Positions 23,991 to 35,972 of a stretch of DNA of 64,000 nt are shown here, piece after piece. Numbering within the stretch: the first letter of the stretch is position 1; every line of letters begins with the position of its first letter. This stretch comes from Amphiscolops sp. MND2022 (taxonomy: Eukaryota), in contig OZ076413.1 in assembly GCA_964187785.1 (NCBI GenBank), positions 43,526,001 to 43,590,000 on the forward strand. Reading direction: 5' to 3'. The notes under the pieces were generated by a model, which had not been told where the DNA came from, did not search any database, and saw only the letters and a list, made by a program, of their open reading frames with translations. A program made the position numbers and the translations under genes.

Positions 23991-25287
23991 TGCTCACTCG
24001 GAAGACACACTTCTGATAATGGAATACGGCGATAGAAAACGAGATGGGGGCAATCCAATCAATATGAGGAGTACAAGTATCAGGATCGAGGAGAAAAATT
24101 GAAAAAAAACTTACCTAAAAACTTTCACTAGCGAAAAAGTTTTTGTTTTTATCAATTCCGGAAAAATGCAAAAATGACTGCGTTATCATGTTTTTCTCGG
24201 TACAAAGGTCGACCTGGATCATATGCGTGAGTTGATTTAAGGATTTGACCCATTAGTTATTGAGGAGCTTTGTTTGAATTACTGCTTGAAATCGACATGA
24301 AGACGAGAGAACTAAAGAACGAGTGATTGAGCAGAGTAAGACTTGAATTTCTATTTAAAAAACCAGACACCAGTTTTACAGAACTCTGAGCAAATAAAAT
24401 TAATCATGAAAACGGTCGCGGATGTCGGTCAACCTTCATTTGGGTGTGGTGCTGACAACCAGTAACATCTTTTCCTGTAAAAGCCTGGATGGGAAGATTC
24501 TTTATTCAATTGTGCTCTGCAGTCAAACATTCCGAGTCGTCCTTGAAACTTCTGCCTCTTCCGGGTGACCTTTTTATATTTTATAAATGACAATTTAGCT
24601 AGTTTTTTCACACTTTCGAGGCGCCTGTTTGTTAAGAAACACTAGATGTGACAACTAATAAAAAACATAACAAAAGATCAATGGAAGAAGACCACTAACA
24701 CTGATTCGGTTGAAATTCAGCTTTATCCAACACTGCTCATGATTTAAAACCTTGACTTCTGTCAGTCATCCATCGTGGCAATCCTTTACCAGATCTCGAA
24801 TTACCATTTCAGCCACTTCTTTATTCGGAAAGATCACCTCTTGGCTACTTGTGTCCCGCTTCAACGAAATGGTCAGAAAGCTATCAGCCTCTGCTTCACA
24901 AACAGGCTGATTAGCCAAATGCAATGCTTGAACTTTTTGAGGCATTGGTTTTGGTTTCAAGATTCGTTGAAACAAGCAGTGACGTGGAGGAGCCATAGAA
25001 ATCACAAAATCTGGAGTTTCAAGAAGTACATGAAGTAGTTTCCTATGTTTGAATGAAATTTTGGTTGGTTTTCAGTTAAGGCCCGCACTATGAACGACCC
25101 CCCTTTAACCACGGAGGCGAGGACTATCTGATTAGGTAGTAACAGAGTTGACTTTGCAAGTAAGTAAAAGAAAAAACAGTGTTGGAACAATTGCAAACCA
25201 TTTGAAAAAAAACAATATGAAGAAACACCTGATTTTTAAAGTCAATTTGAAACCTGTAATCCAAAGATCGAAAGTAACATTCCAAAA

Positions 25288-25640
25288 GGTCGGATATGAC
25301 GTTTCCAAAGTTCATAAACAACGTTTCTAAAGTTCATAAATAACGTTCTCAAAGTTCGGTTATAATGTTTTCAAAGTTCGGTTTCAACGTTTTCAAAATT
25401 CTTATATAACGTTTTCAGAGTTCGGAAATAACCATTTCTAATATCGGATGTAACCTTTTCAAATATCGAGTGTAACATTTCGAAAGGTCGGATTTAACGT
25501 TCTCAAACCTTGGATATAATGTTTCCAAAGTTCGGATAAAACGTTTTCAAAGTTCGGATATAACGTTTTCAAAGTTCGGATGTAAAGTTTTCAAAGTTAA
25601 TATATAATGTTTTCAGAGTTCGAATATAACGTTTTCTCGA
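25288..25640 (+). repeat. 22-bp minisatellite AAAGTTCGGATATAACGTTTTC, ~16 copies
   Basis: Directly visible; the same unit occurs at about 48590-48715. Confidence 0.9.
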
Positions 25641-26529
25641 CACTTTGAAGCCCTTTTTCTATTTTTGAGCCTTAGATAACCTGAGAAACCTTTCGATTTT
25701 TTCGGCGTTGTGAGACTTCTCCGGAAAATCTTTTGATGTCTCCGAGGCTTCTCTTTGTTTAAAAAATATTTCGCAACCAACAGTTTGTGAAAAAAAATAC
25801 AAAAGCAATAGTTTAACGTCGATTTTAGTCGGCGCATTTTTTTGACCGACGAAGTGACAGACTTTATAGGCGGTAACGTACATCTTATATAACGGTTCCT
25901 GAAGAAATTTTTAAAACCCTCCCACAATAACACAACCCATACCGGATTTAACGTGAACCGGATATAACGCATTCCGGATATAGGTTATATCGAATATAAC
26001 GTTTCTCGGAGAAATTTTCTTAATACAAAAGCGTCCCCCTTTGGATTTTTGGGCGCATCGAATAAAAATAAAGATTTCTGGATACAGGAAGGGGTGTTTA
26101 TAACGGAGTGCTTTATAATGACGAGCGTTCATAACGACCATTTTCCAACTTCCTGTCTATTAGCAAGCGCTCGTAACGACAATCTTTTTTAATGGCCGTT
26201 TTTATAGCGACATTTAAATCAACTGCCTCAGGGTCGTTTTAAAAGCCCCCTACTGTGCATGTTTATAAGTATACCGGTATCCATATATGTTATTGGATTT
26301 TGAGAAATTTGCCTCACAGGTTTGAAAAATAGGCAAATATCAGGAAATTTGCGAAAAAAAGTAGACCATATGAACATCTCGCAAAGCTCGAAGCCTCAAA
26401 ACCTTGTGGAAGGTAGTTAGTCCCAACGCCAATAAGCTGGCCTCCAATGAACTGGTGGGAGTGTCCGCTTACCTTTCGGATGGCGTTAGACAAAATGCAT
26501 TGTTAAGTGAATACAATTTGAGCCTTGTG

Positions 26530-26630
26530 ACACTGACAGGGCAGCCAACGGGCAGGTGCATGAAAAGCCCCTTTATCAATAATACATCAAATGAATGAGC
26601 GACAAAAACCATGTTAGATGTCTCTCGAAA
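26530..26630 (+). repeat. Isolated diverged partial monomer of satellite A
   Basis: CACTGACAGGGCAGCCAACGGGCAGGTGCATGAAAAGCCCC...AATGAATGAGCGACAAAAACCATGTTAGATGTCTCTC. Confidence 0.8.
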
Positions 26631-26756
26631 TATCTAAAATGTCAGCACTGGAATAAAATGAAACCCCATTTTGCGGGCAGGTATGATACAGAACAAATTT
26701 AGAACAGTTTCAATGTGTACATTGTAACATTGAAGGAAATCAGATCAACATTTCAG

Positions 26757-27700
26757 ACGGGAATAAGATCTAAAGAATAAGATCTAAAATCTTTTCTTTC
26801 TCTCGCAAAATAATAATGACCGCGAGTACTGAAACCCTGATATGATGTAAAGAGAGATAGAACTTTTTGCCCTTAGTACATGGAGGGCGTGTCAGTGAAA
26901 AGAGTTTGGGTGTCAGTACGTTGCAAGCCGCAAAGGGTCCTGAAATTTTAGATCCTATTCCCTTGAAATTTTATTTTTCAGAGAAGGGGAAGAATGGGAA
27001 GAAGGGTAATCAGATCTAAAAAGCTAGAGGGAGGAATAAGATCTAAAGAATAAGATCTAAAGTCGAAAAAGGTAATAAGATCCAAAGGGAATATTATCTA
27101 AGTTCAATGCATTTCAGATCTAATCCCCATTCTCTAAAGAATAAGATCTGAAAGGAATAAGATCTATAATTTCAGGACGGGAATAAGATCTAAAGGGAAT
27201 AAGATCTAAAATCAATGTATTTTAGATCTTTTCCCCTTCGCTAAAGAATAACATCTGAAGGGAATAAGATGTAAAATTTTAGATTTTTTTGCCTAGAGGG
27301 GGGAATAATATCTAAAGAATAAGATCTAAAATCAAAGAAGGGAATAAGATCTAAAGGGAATAAGATCTAAAATTTCAGGACGGGAAAAAGATCTAAAGGG
27401 AATAAGATCTAAAATCAATGCATTTTAGATTTTATTCCCTTTCGCTAAAGAATAACATCTGAAGGGAATAAGATCTAAAATTTTTTATCTTATTCCCCTT
27501 TTGAAAGTTGAGCATGTCACAGTTTTAGATCTTATTATTTTAAATCTTATTCTTTAGATTTCGTTCCCCCTCCCCTTATTGCCCTTTTCGAAGTTGAGCA
27601 TGAAACAATTTTAGATCTTATTATTTTAGATCTTATTCTTTAGATCTTTTTCCCCCCTCCCCTATATGCCTTGATTTTAGATTTTATTCCCCCTCTCCGG
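26757..27700. mobile_element. Foldback-like MITE(s) built from GGGAATAAGATCTAAA repeats, probably nested
   Basis: Many GAATAAGATCTAAA units on the left and inverted TTTAGATCTTATTC units on the right; a related copy lies at 42563-42842. Confidence 0.75.
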
Positions 27701-28505
27701 GAAAAGCCCATTTTCTATTTCCGGCACTATTGAGCCCAGACATAGTCTCGACTATGGGAATAGTACCAGAACAATTATTTTGACAATAACCCAGTGCTCA
27801 TGAGGCATAATTGATACGAAACACACATGATAGTGATAGGAAATACAAGCAACTAGTTTTTTTCCTGCTCAAATTCAAAATGGCCGCGCCCTGTATGCAA
27901 CTTCGAATTTTTGATCGAAATTTCTCAAGGACTGCTAAGGACTGCACCAGGACTGGTAAGAACTTGCAAAATTTTCGAAAACGGGAAATCCTTGGCAGTC
28001 CTTGGAATTCTTGAGTTATCCTCTCAAAGACTTGGAATCCTTGAGTTGTCCTGGCAAGGACTTAAGTCCGCTGGAGTGTCAGTACGGGTGATTTCATGGG
28101 TGAAGTCTCTTTTTATTTTTGTTACAAAAGTTGCCTGTCATATTAAAAATGATTTTTTTTCCAGAAAATAGACACTGGGAGCGGAAAATTGAGAACGAAA
28201 CCTGATGATAGACACAGCACTTCTAAGCTGCCTGGAAAAATTCAATCAGAAATTGGGAAGCAGGAAACCAACACGAAGACAATAAATTACGCCTAAGATT
28301 AATGAGGTTTAACCAAAAACAACTTGAATTTATTGTCTCAATTGATGATTATTTCTTTTCATTTTGCCGAGGGCTCTCTTTTATATATTTGGAGTTACTT
28401 ATCAGGGTACTAGGTTCCTTTTGAAGCTATGAAAATCTTTGCGAAGCCTTTCTATCCAAATCTTTCACTGTCGATATCTTTCATTGAGCAACGCTGGTAT
28501 GGAGT

Positions 28506-28980
28506 AACAAGACGGGAACGTCTCAAGTCGGCGCTATATCTAAGGCTCAAAAAGCGCAAAACATTCTTTTTGAAAAAAAAACTTGAAATTTTCGAAAAAA
28601 AATTCTTTCGGAAAATGTCGCACAGTGCCGAAAAATGTTAAAGGGGGGACCCTTTTTGATTTATAAACACGCATTCTGTAGCAAAATAACAAAAAACTCA
28701 AAGGGGGGACATTAAAAAAATTTCGAAAAAAAATCTCACAGCGCCGAAAAAAAATCGAAAGCGGGGGGGGGGTAACTTTAGTCCCGTCCGGGCTTGTATG
28801 TAACGTTTAAAAAGTAAATGAATGCGCTCCCCGTTTGCCTTTAGCGGTCCAGTAGTTTAGTACTTATTTAGTAGTTGAACGTTAATTTTAACGTTCGTCG
28901 CTTCGAGTCTGTCTTAAATAAAAAAAAACGAGTGACTATAATAGTCGGGCTTTTTTCTTTAAAAAAACGCCGACTAAAAA
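28506..28980 (-). mobile_element. Helentron-type non-autonomous element (HINE/DINE-1-like)
   Basis: AACAAGACGGGAACGTCTCAAGTCGGCG at one end and TAGTCGGGC...CGCCGACTAAAAA at the other: subterminal inverted repeat AGTCGGCG, terminal hairpin, T-rich ends. Confidence 0.75.
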
Positions 28981-29959
28981 CAGCCAAAAAATTGAATAGA
29001 TACTAGCTAAAGTTTTCAGTTGATTTGACATTGATTAGTTAACCCAACGTACGTCTGACTTTTTCAAAAAAATCAGAAAAGGAAATATTTGTCTAATAAA
29101 GGCACCGGCTTCACGTTTTTTATAGGTTTTTTTCGCCCCTGACTATTTGATTTGAAACTAACACAATTTTTCGAACCTGTTGATCCTTAAATGGTGAAAA
29201 ATAGTTATGAGTACATACCGAAAACATACTGGGTGAAAGTTGTTGTCTTAGGTCATGGCTGCGTTTGGTTAGTCAATAAAGAAGATCGTGGTTAGCGTGC
29301 GAAGCGAGGAAGCAGGACTTTTTGTCTTCGAAACCCGCTCTGATCAACATTTTTTCAAATGTGCAAAATTATAAACCAAAAGGTTCTTCATTCATTTTTA
29401 AGCACTGTGATTCTCCATCAAAAGCTTGTTTGTTTTTTTACGCAGGAAAAGACGGTTTCGCGAGCCCAAAGGGCCCGCTTTGTTTTTCATTGCTCGGCTA
29501 AAGAGTTTGGTTAAAAAAATTTTCCAAGCCAAGTTTCAGTTTTTTGAAATCTTTAGTTGACGTGAAGCACTTCTTGAGTCTCAAAGGTGACCTCTTTGGT
29601 TGGTTTTGGTGTTTTGATATTGACAACGATTTTCTCGATGATTGTGCCTCACCACATTTGGAAGACTACTCCTTTGTATGCTTTAGGTAAGGCGCTGAAT
29701 TCTCGACTTGTTTAATCATAACCAGAAGCCATAGCTTGTTTCGAGCCTATACAACGGAAAAGATTCCATTCCAATTGTTATTTTCCGCTCATATTTCATA
29801 TGGGAAAGTAAAATATTTAAATCAAACGGGTTTTTTCTACAAAATTTGCCAAGCACCAAATTTATATTTAACTTTTAGGGGGTTACCCATAGAGTTCAAC
29901 TCACATGAATTTAGCTTCGTGCGATTTGCATTTGTGGAGATTTCTGGACTTTTTTAGTT

Positions 29960-32320
29960 GACCCCAAGGACCCCAAAATGACAAAAATGAAAAATTGCAA
30001 ACAATTCCAAATTTTTACATTTTAAAGCATTTTTTGTCAATTTTTCGATAGATGTCGTGGATTAGAATGTTGAAAAGGTTCAACAAGACAAGAACTTGTT
30101 GTCCAGTAGTCATTTATTAAGAGATAAATGCGGTTTTTATTGGATACAAACCCAAAGTGACAAAAAAATCGAAAATGTCCCAATTTTTAACGTTTTCATG
30201 CAATTGTCGATAGACTCCGTGGATTAGATCGTTGAAAATTCTCACCATGGTACTAGTTCGTTGCCTAGTTTGTTGTAGTAGGCTTTTCCGAAGAGATAAT
30301 TGCTGTTCAATTGAAAACAAAAGCTGAAATTGAAACCAAGAATCCCAGAATTTTCGAATTTTACGCATTTGTCAACTTTTGGACAGACTTCGTGGATTGC
30401 AATTTTTAAGGGGTCAACAAGGAAAATATTGGTTGTCCAGTAGTTGCTTTCGAAAAGTTTATTGCATTTTTCTAAATGCGAAGGTCTCAAATCGACACCG
30501 AAAAAGACAAAAAATCCAAAAGTTTCCAATTTTCAAAGTTTTTATGCTTTTTTGTTAACGCTTCAACTGATTTCGTGGATTGGAAGAGCTGGTAGGTCTT
30601 GACACCGAAAATGACAAAAATTCGAAAAATTTTTCCTATAATTGAAGGATTAATGAATTTTTTCCCAGAATTTTGACGGATTTTGTGGATTGGAACGTTG
30701 AAAAGTCTCAACAAGGAGAGGATGTGTTATCCAGTTAGCTTTTCCGAAGATATAATTGCTGTTTTCCAGAAGAAAAAAATCTCGAATTGACACCGAAAAT
30801 AAAAAAAAACCAAAATTTTGCATTTTTCAAAGTTTTTACGCACTTTTTGTCAATTTTTTGACAAACTTGGTAGATTGGAATGTTTTAAAGGGTCAACAAG
30901 AGAAGATTATGTTGTCCAGTGGGCTTTATCGAAGAGTTTATTGCAGTTTTCTAATTGAAAATGTCTGAAACTGACACAGAAATTAACAAAACCAAAAGTT
31001 TCTAATTCTCAAGGTTTTTCGTCAAACTTTTGACAGACTTGGAGGATTGGAATGTGAAAAACGCTCAACTCAGCACTACTTCGTTGTCCAGTAGGCTTTT
31101 CCGGATTGAATTTTCCTTTTTTCAAATGAAAAAAAAAGTTGAAATTGATACCGAAACTGACAAAAAAACCCAAATTTTTCTTTTTTCAGTTTTTACGTAT
31201 TTTTGTCAATTTTTTGACAGACTTCGTGGATTGGAATGTTTTGAAGTGCCCACAAAGAAAGAATTGACTGCCCAGTAGTCTTTGCCGTAGAGTTTATTGC
31301 GTTTTCTAAATGGAAAAGTCTCAAATTCACACCGAAAATAACAAAACCCCCCATAATTTTCCAAGTTTCAGAGGTTTTTGCATTTTCCCCCGACGCATTT
31401 TGTAGAATGGAACACTGAAAAGGGTCAAAAAGGAGAGAATTAGTTCTCCAGTAGGCTTTTCAGAAGATCGTAGTGCAGTTTGCTAAGTGAAAAAGTCTCA
31501 AACTGACACCGGAAACTTTCAATTTTTGTTCAATTTTTGTTAAAATATCGATAGACTTCGAAGACTAGAATGTTAAACCGCCCAAGGCGTGGGCAAATTT
31601 AATGTTTTAGTGAGCTTTTGTCACGAAATAAAATCATGTTCAGATTTGTAGATGAAAAGTGCCTCAAATTGACATGAATTGTCAAAAAGTTTGAAATTTT
31701 TGTCGTTTTTGATGCAAATTCTGTACAATTTCAGAAAGATTCTGTTCTAAGTTCCAACACAATCAACTCAACAACGGAAAAACGAGCTATGCATCACATT
31801 TTTTGAAGAGAACATTACAGTGTTTTGCTTCAACAACACTTCAGAATGACTCCAAAGGAGGCGAAAAAATTCAACATCTTCGTTTTTGTGCAACTTGTGC
31901 ACCTCGTGAGTCGTTTTGGTTGCAGAATGTCAGCAAACGTTCAACATAGACTGAACGCTTAATCCATTAGGCTTTTGAACGAATACTTGCAGAGTTCGGT
32001 TGGAAAAATTGCTGAAAATTGACCGCAAAAGTCGAAAGTTTGAAAAGTTTTGTCATTTTCTGACATTTTCAGTGAAATTTTATTTAAGATTGGAATGTCT
32101 CGGTAAAACGAAAGCTTCGAAAAACTCGAGATGATAAAACTAAGTACGAGCCTCGTTTTCGTCGAAAATGCCAATTTTAAGGTCGAAAGTTTCCTCAGAA
32201 TGACCCAAAGAAATGAAAAAACCGATACTTTTCTAGCTTTTGTTAAAATTGTGAGCAACTTTCTTGCATAAAATGGTTCTAAAGACTCAACAATGACAAA
32301 TCCTGGTATTTACAGTAGTC
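29960..32320 (+). repeat. Satellite B: degenerate ~180-bp tandem repeat (continues at ~33530-34780)
   Basis: TCAAATTGACACCGAAAATGACAAAAA...GACAGACTTCGTGGATTGGAATGTTGAAAA...GTTGTCCAGTAG recurs at ~175-190-bp spacing. Confidence 0.8.
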
Positions 32321-35300
32321 CCAACATTGTACACTTTGTGAAACTTTGCTTCAATCAGAAATATCATAGGATCAAGATTAAAACGTCTCGTTACCGGTAG
32401 TGTTTCGAAAAGATGTCAGAAAAGTTTATTTGCACAACTTTCGAAAACTTTAATTGAATACGTAAATTTTGTCCTCATTTGTCCAGGATTTAATCTTCAA
32501 AAACCTCCAAGCAAGATCACTAGAAATGGAGTACACCTTCCAAAGAAAAATGTTTCGAGCTACTTCGTGTGTTAGAATAGTGTAAACATTCAACAACCGC
32601 TAAACTCGGGTGTCCAGTAGGCTTAATTTTGAAGGGACATCTGTAGATTCGTGTAAAAACAATTCCTCAAATTGGCCCCAAACTTATCAAAACTATATCC
32701 AATTTTTGAAACTTACAGTGAAACTGTGGGCAATAAAATAACAAACCGAGATCGCTCAGTTTCCAAAATTTGCAAAGGACCTAGTTTCAAACTTTTGCCA
32801 TTTTCTCAGTGCCAAAAACTACCGCAAGAAGTACGCACGAGACTAGGAAGACACATTTTGTCCAACAGGAATCACGAAAACTCCATTTTCTTGAATTTCC
32901 CGGCAAAATTCTATGATGGCGAAACGAGTTTCAGCTCGCAAAACTACTTTTCGCAAGCCGAAAGCTGCTATGAAAGCAAGGGGTACACTTTGACCAAACG
33001 AAATTTTCGGTAAAACGCACAGAGTCGAAAAAAACTGAAATGAGGTGTTTTGCACAATCAAAAAGAAAAATCATCAGTTCCATATTATTAAAAGTAACAA
33101 AAGAGGTAACCCTGAAGACTCGGTAAGTTCATTTCCTTTACAGAAAACACTAAATACTAAAAACTGCCAGAAAACGTTTTTCGAAAACCATTTTCAGAAA
33201 ATTTAATGAAAATTTCCTCTTTTCTCGGTAAGTCGCATAGTGCCGAAAAAACGAAGAGTTGCCAGCTGTGGCAGAAATAACAAACTAGGGGTTTCCTTTA
33301 AGATGGGCTACGATGAATCAAAGTTTTCTTTTCTCCTCGAACTTCTTTGCGTTTTCATTGTGCATTGGCTATTCTTGAGCCTCAACTTCGTGTAGTTGTA
33401 TAACAGTTTGTGGCGGAAAACATCTCGCTGCTCAGCGGGCGTCTTGTTCGATTTAAAATATACATTTTCTGCTAACTTCTCCGAATACATTTCAATCGAC
33501 TGTATATCATTCGAGATTGTATATCATTCAAAGATTTTGTGCACGTTTTTCCAATTTTTCCACAGACATCGTCAATTGGAAAGAAGAAAAGGGTCAACAA
33601 GGAAAGAATGAGTCCTCCAGTATGCATAAAAAAGAGATAAATGAAGTTTTTCAGTCAAAAATAGTCCGGAATTACCACCGAAAAAGACAACATTTCAAAA
33701 AACTTCCCGATTTTTACTACTTTTGTTCAATTTTTGTTAAAATATCGATAGACTTCGAAGACTAGAATGTTAAACCGCCCAAGGCGTGGGCAAATTTAAT
33801 GTTTTAGTGAGCTTTTGTCACGAAATAAAATCATGTTCAGATTTGTAGATGAAAAGTGCCTCAAATTGACATGAATTGTCAAAAAGTTTGAAATTTTTGT
33901 CGTTTTTGATGCAAATTCTGTACAATTTCCGAAAGATTCTGTTCTAAGTTCCAACACAATCAACTCAACAACGGAAAAACGAGCTATGCATCACATTTTT
34001 TGAAAAGAACATTACAGTGTTTTGCTTCAACAACACTTCAGAATGACTCCGAAGGAGGCGAAAAAATTCAACATCTTCGTTTTTGTGCAACTTGTGCACC
34101 TCGTGAGTCGTTTTGGTCGCAGAATGTCAGCAAACGTTCAACAGACTGAACGCTTAATCCATTAGGCTTTTGAACGAATACTTGCAGAGTTCGGTTAGAA
34201 AAATTGCTGAAAATTGACCGCAAAAGTCGAAAGTTTGAAAAATTTTGTCAATTTCTGACATTTTCAGTGAAATTTTATTTAAGATTGGAATGTCTTGGTA
34301 AAACGAAAGCTTCGAAAAATTCGAAATGATAAAACAAAGTACGAGGCTCGTTTTCGTCAAAAATGCCAATTTTAAGGTCGAAAGTTTCCTCAGAATGACC
34401 CAAAGAAATGAAAAAACCGATAATTTTCTAGCTTTTGTTAAAATTGTGAGCTACTTTCTTGCATAAAATGGTTCTAAAGACTCAACAATGACAAATTCTG
34501 GTATTTACAGTAGGCAGTTTTGAAGATTTAACAGCATGTTTTGTTGGAATTGGTCTCAAAAACACCCAAAAATCCATGAAACTACAAAAAAAGCACTTTG
34601 TTTGACAAACTAATCACAATTTTGGTCAAACCATGAAAGTTTTTGAAGAATAGAACTTCCAATGACCTGAACGTTTAAACAATAAGGTTTTAAAAACTCA
34701 ATTTGAGGAAAAAGTGTAGTTCTTCAAGTTTAAAACAATGGTGTCAAAGTTTCCGAATTTTCGATATTTCCGACAACATACACCCAACATTGTACACTTT
34801 GTGAAGCTTTGCTTCAATCAGAAATATCATAGGATCAAGATTAAAATGTCTCGCTACCGGTAGTGTTTCGAAAAGATGTCAGACAAGTTTATTTGCACAA
34901 CTTTCGAAAACTTTAATTGAATACGTAAATTTTGTCCTCATTTGTCCAGGATTTAATATTCAAAAACCTCCAAGCAAGATCACTAGAAATGGAGTACACC
35001 TTCCAAAGAAAAATGTTTCGAGCTACTTCGTGCGTTAGAATAGTGTAAACATTCAACAACCGCTAAACTCGGGTGTCCAGTAGGCTTAATTTTGAAGGCA
35101 CATCTGTAGTTTGTGTAAGAAAAATTCCTCAAATTGGCCCCAAACTTATCAAAACTATATCCAATTTTTGAAACTTACAGTGAAACTGTGGGCAATAAAA
35201 TAACAAACCGAGATCGCTCAATTTCCAAAATTTGCAAAGGACCTAGTTTCAAACTTTTGCCATTTTCTCAGTGCCAAAAACTACCGCAAGAAGTACGCAC

Positions 35301-35972
35301 GAGACTAGGAAGTCACATTTTGTCCAACAGGAATCACGAAAACTCCATTTTCTTGAATTTCCCGGCAAAATTCTATGATGGCGAAACGAGTTTCAGCTCG
35401 CAAAACTACTTTTCGCAAGCCGAAAGCTGCTATGAAAGCAAGGGGTACACTTTGACCAAACGAAATTTTCGGTAAGACGCACAGAGTCGAAAAAAACTGA
35501 AATGAGGTGTTTTGCACAATCTAAAAGAAAAATCATCAGTTCCATATTATTAAAAGTAACAAAGAGGTAACCCTGAAGACTCGGTAAACTCATATCCTTT
35601 ACAGAAAACACTAAAAACTAAAAACTGCCAGAAAATGTTTTTCGAAAACCATTTTCAGAAAATTTAATGAAAATTTCCTCTTTTCTCGGTAAGTCGCAAA
35701 GTGCCGAAAAAACGAAGAGTTGCCAGCTGTGGCAGAAATAATAAACTAGGGGTTTCCTTGAAAATGGGCTACGATGAATCAAAGCTTTCTTTTCTCCTCG
35801 AACTTCTTTGCGTTTTTATTGTGCATTGGCTATTCTTGAGCCTCAACTTCATGTAGTTGTATAACAGTTTGTGGCGGAAAACATCTCGCTGCTCAGCGGG
35901 CGTCTTGTTCGATTTAAAATATACATTTTCTGCTAACTTCTCCGAATACATTTCAATCGACTGTATATCATT
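31525..35972 (+). repeat. Near-tandem direct duplication: 31525-33512 and 33721-35972
   Basis: Near-identical sequence (ORFs 32672/35134 and 33308/35769); copy 1 lacks 34514-34782. Confidence 0.93.

Larger units (their letters stand above)
14507..28088. mobile_element. Giant (13.6 kb) CACTA/EnSpm-type element carrying a satellite array, a BEN-like pseudogene and nested MITEs
   Basis: Perfect 12-bp TIR CCCGTACTGACA / TGTCAGTACGGG, TG on both flanks, AGTCCT/AGGACT subterminal repeats at both ends (14530-14675 and 27925-28070). Confidence 0.75.

Noticed and set aside
25072..26254. Possible CAGT-ended TIR pair (Tc1/mariner-like) around the 22-bp minisatellite
   Set aside because: Only ACGACCC and the terminal CAGT match, and no TA TSD is evident.
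32672..35475. Duplicated 113-aa ORFs as a gene pair
   Set aside because: They lie in repeat-derived sequence within the duplication, start at non-ATG codons and show no domain.
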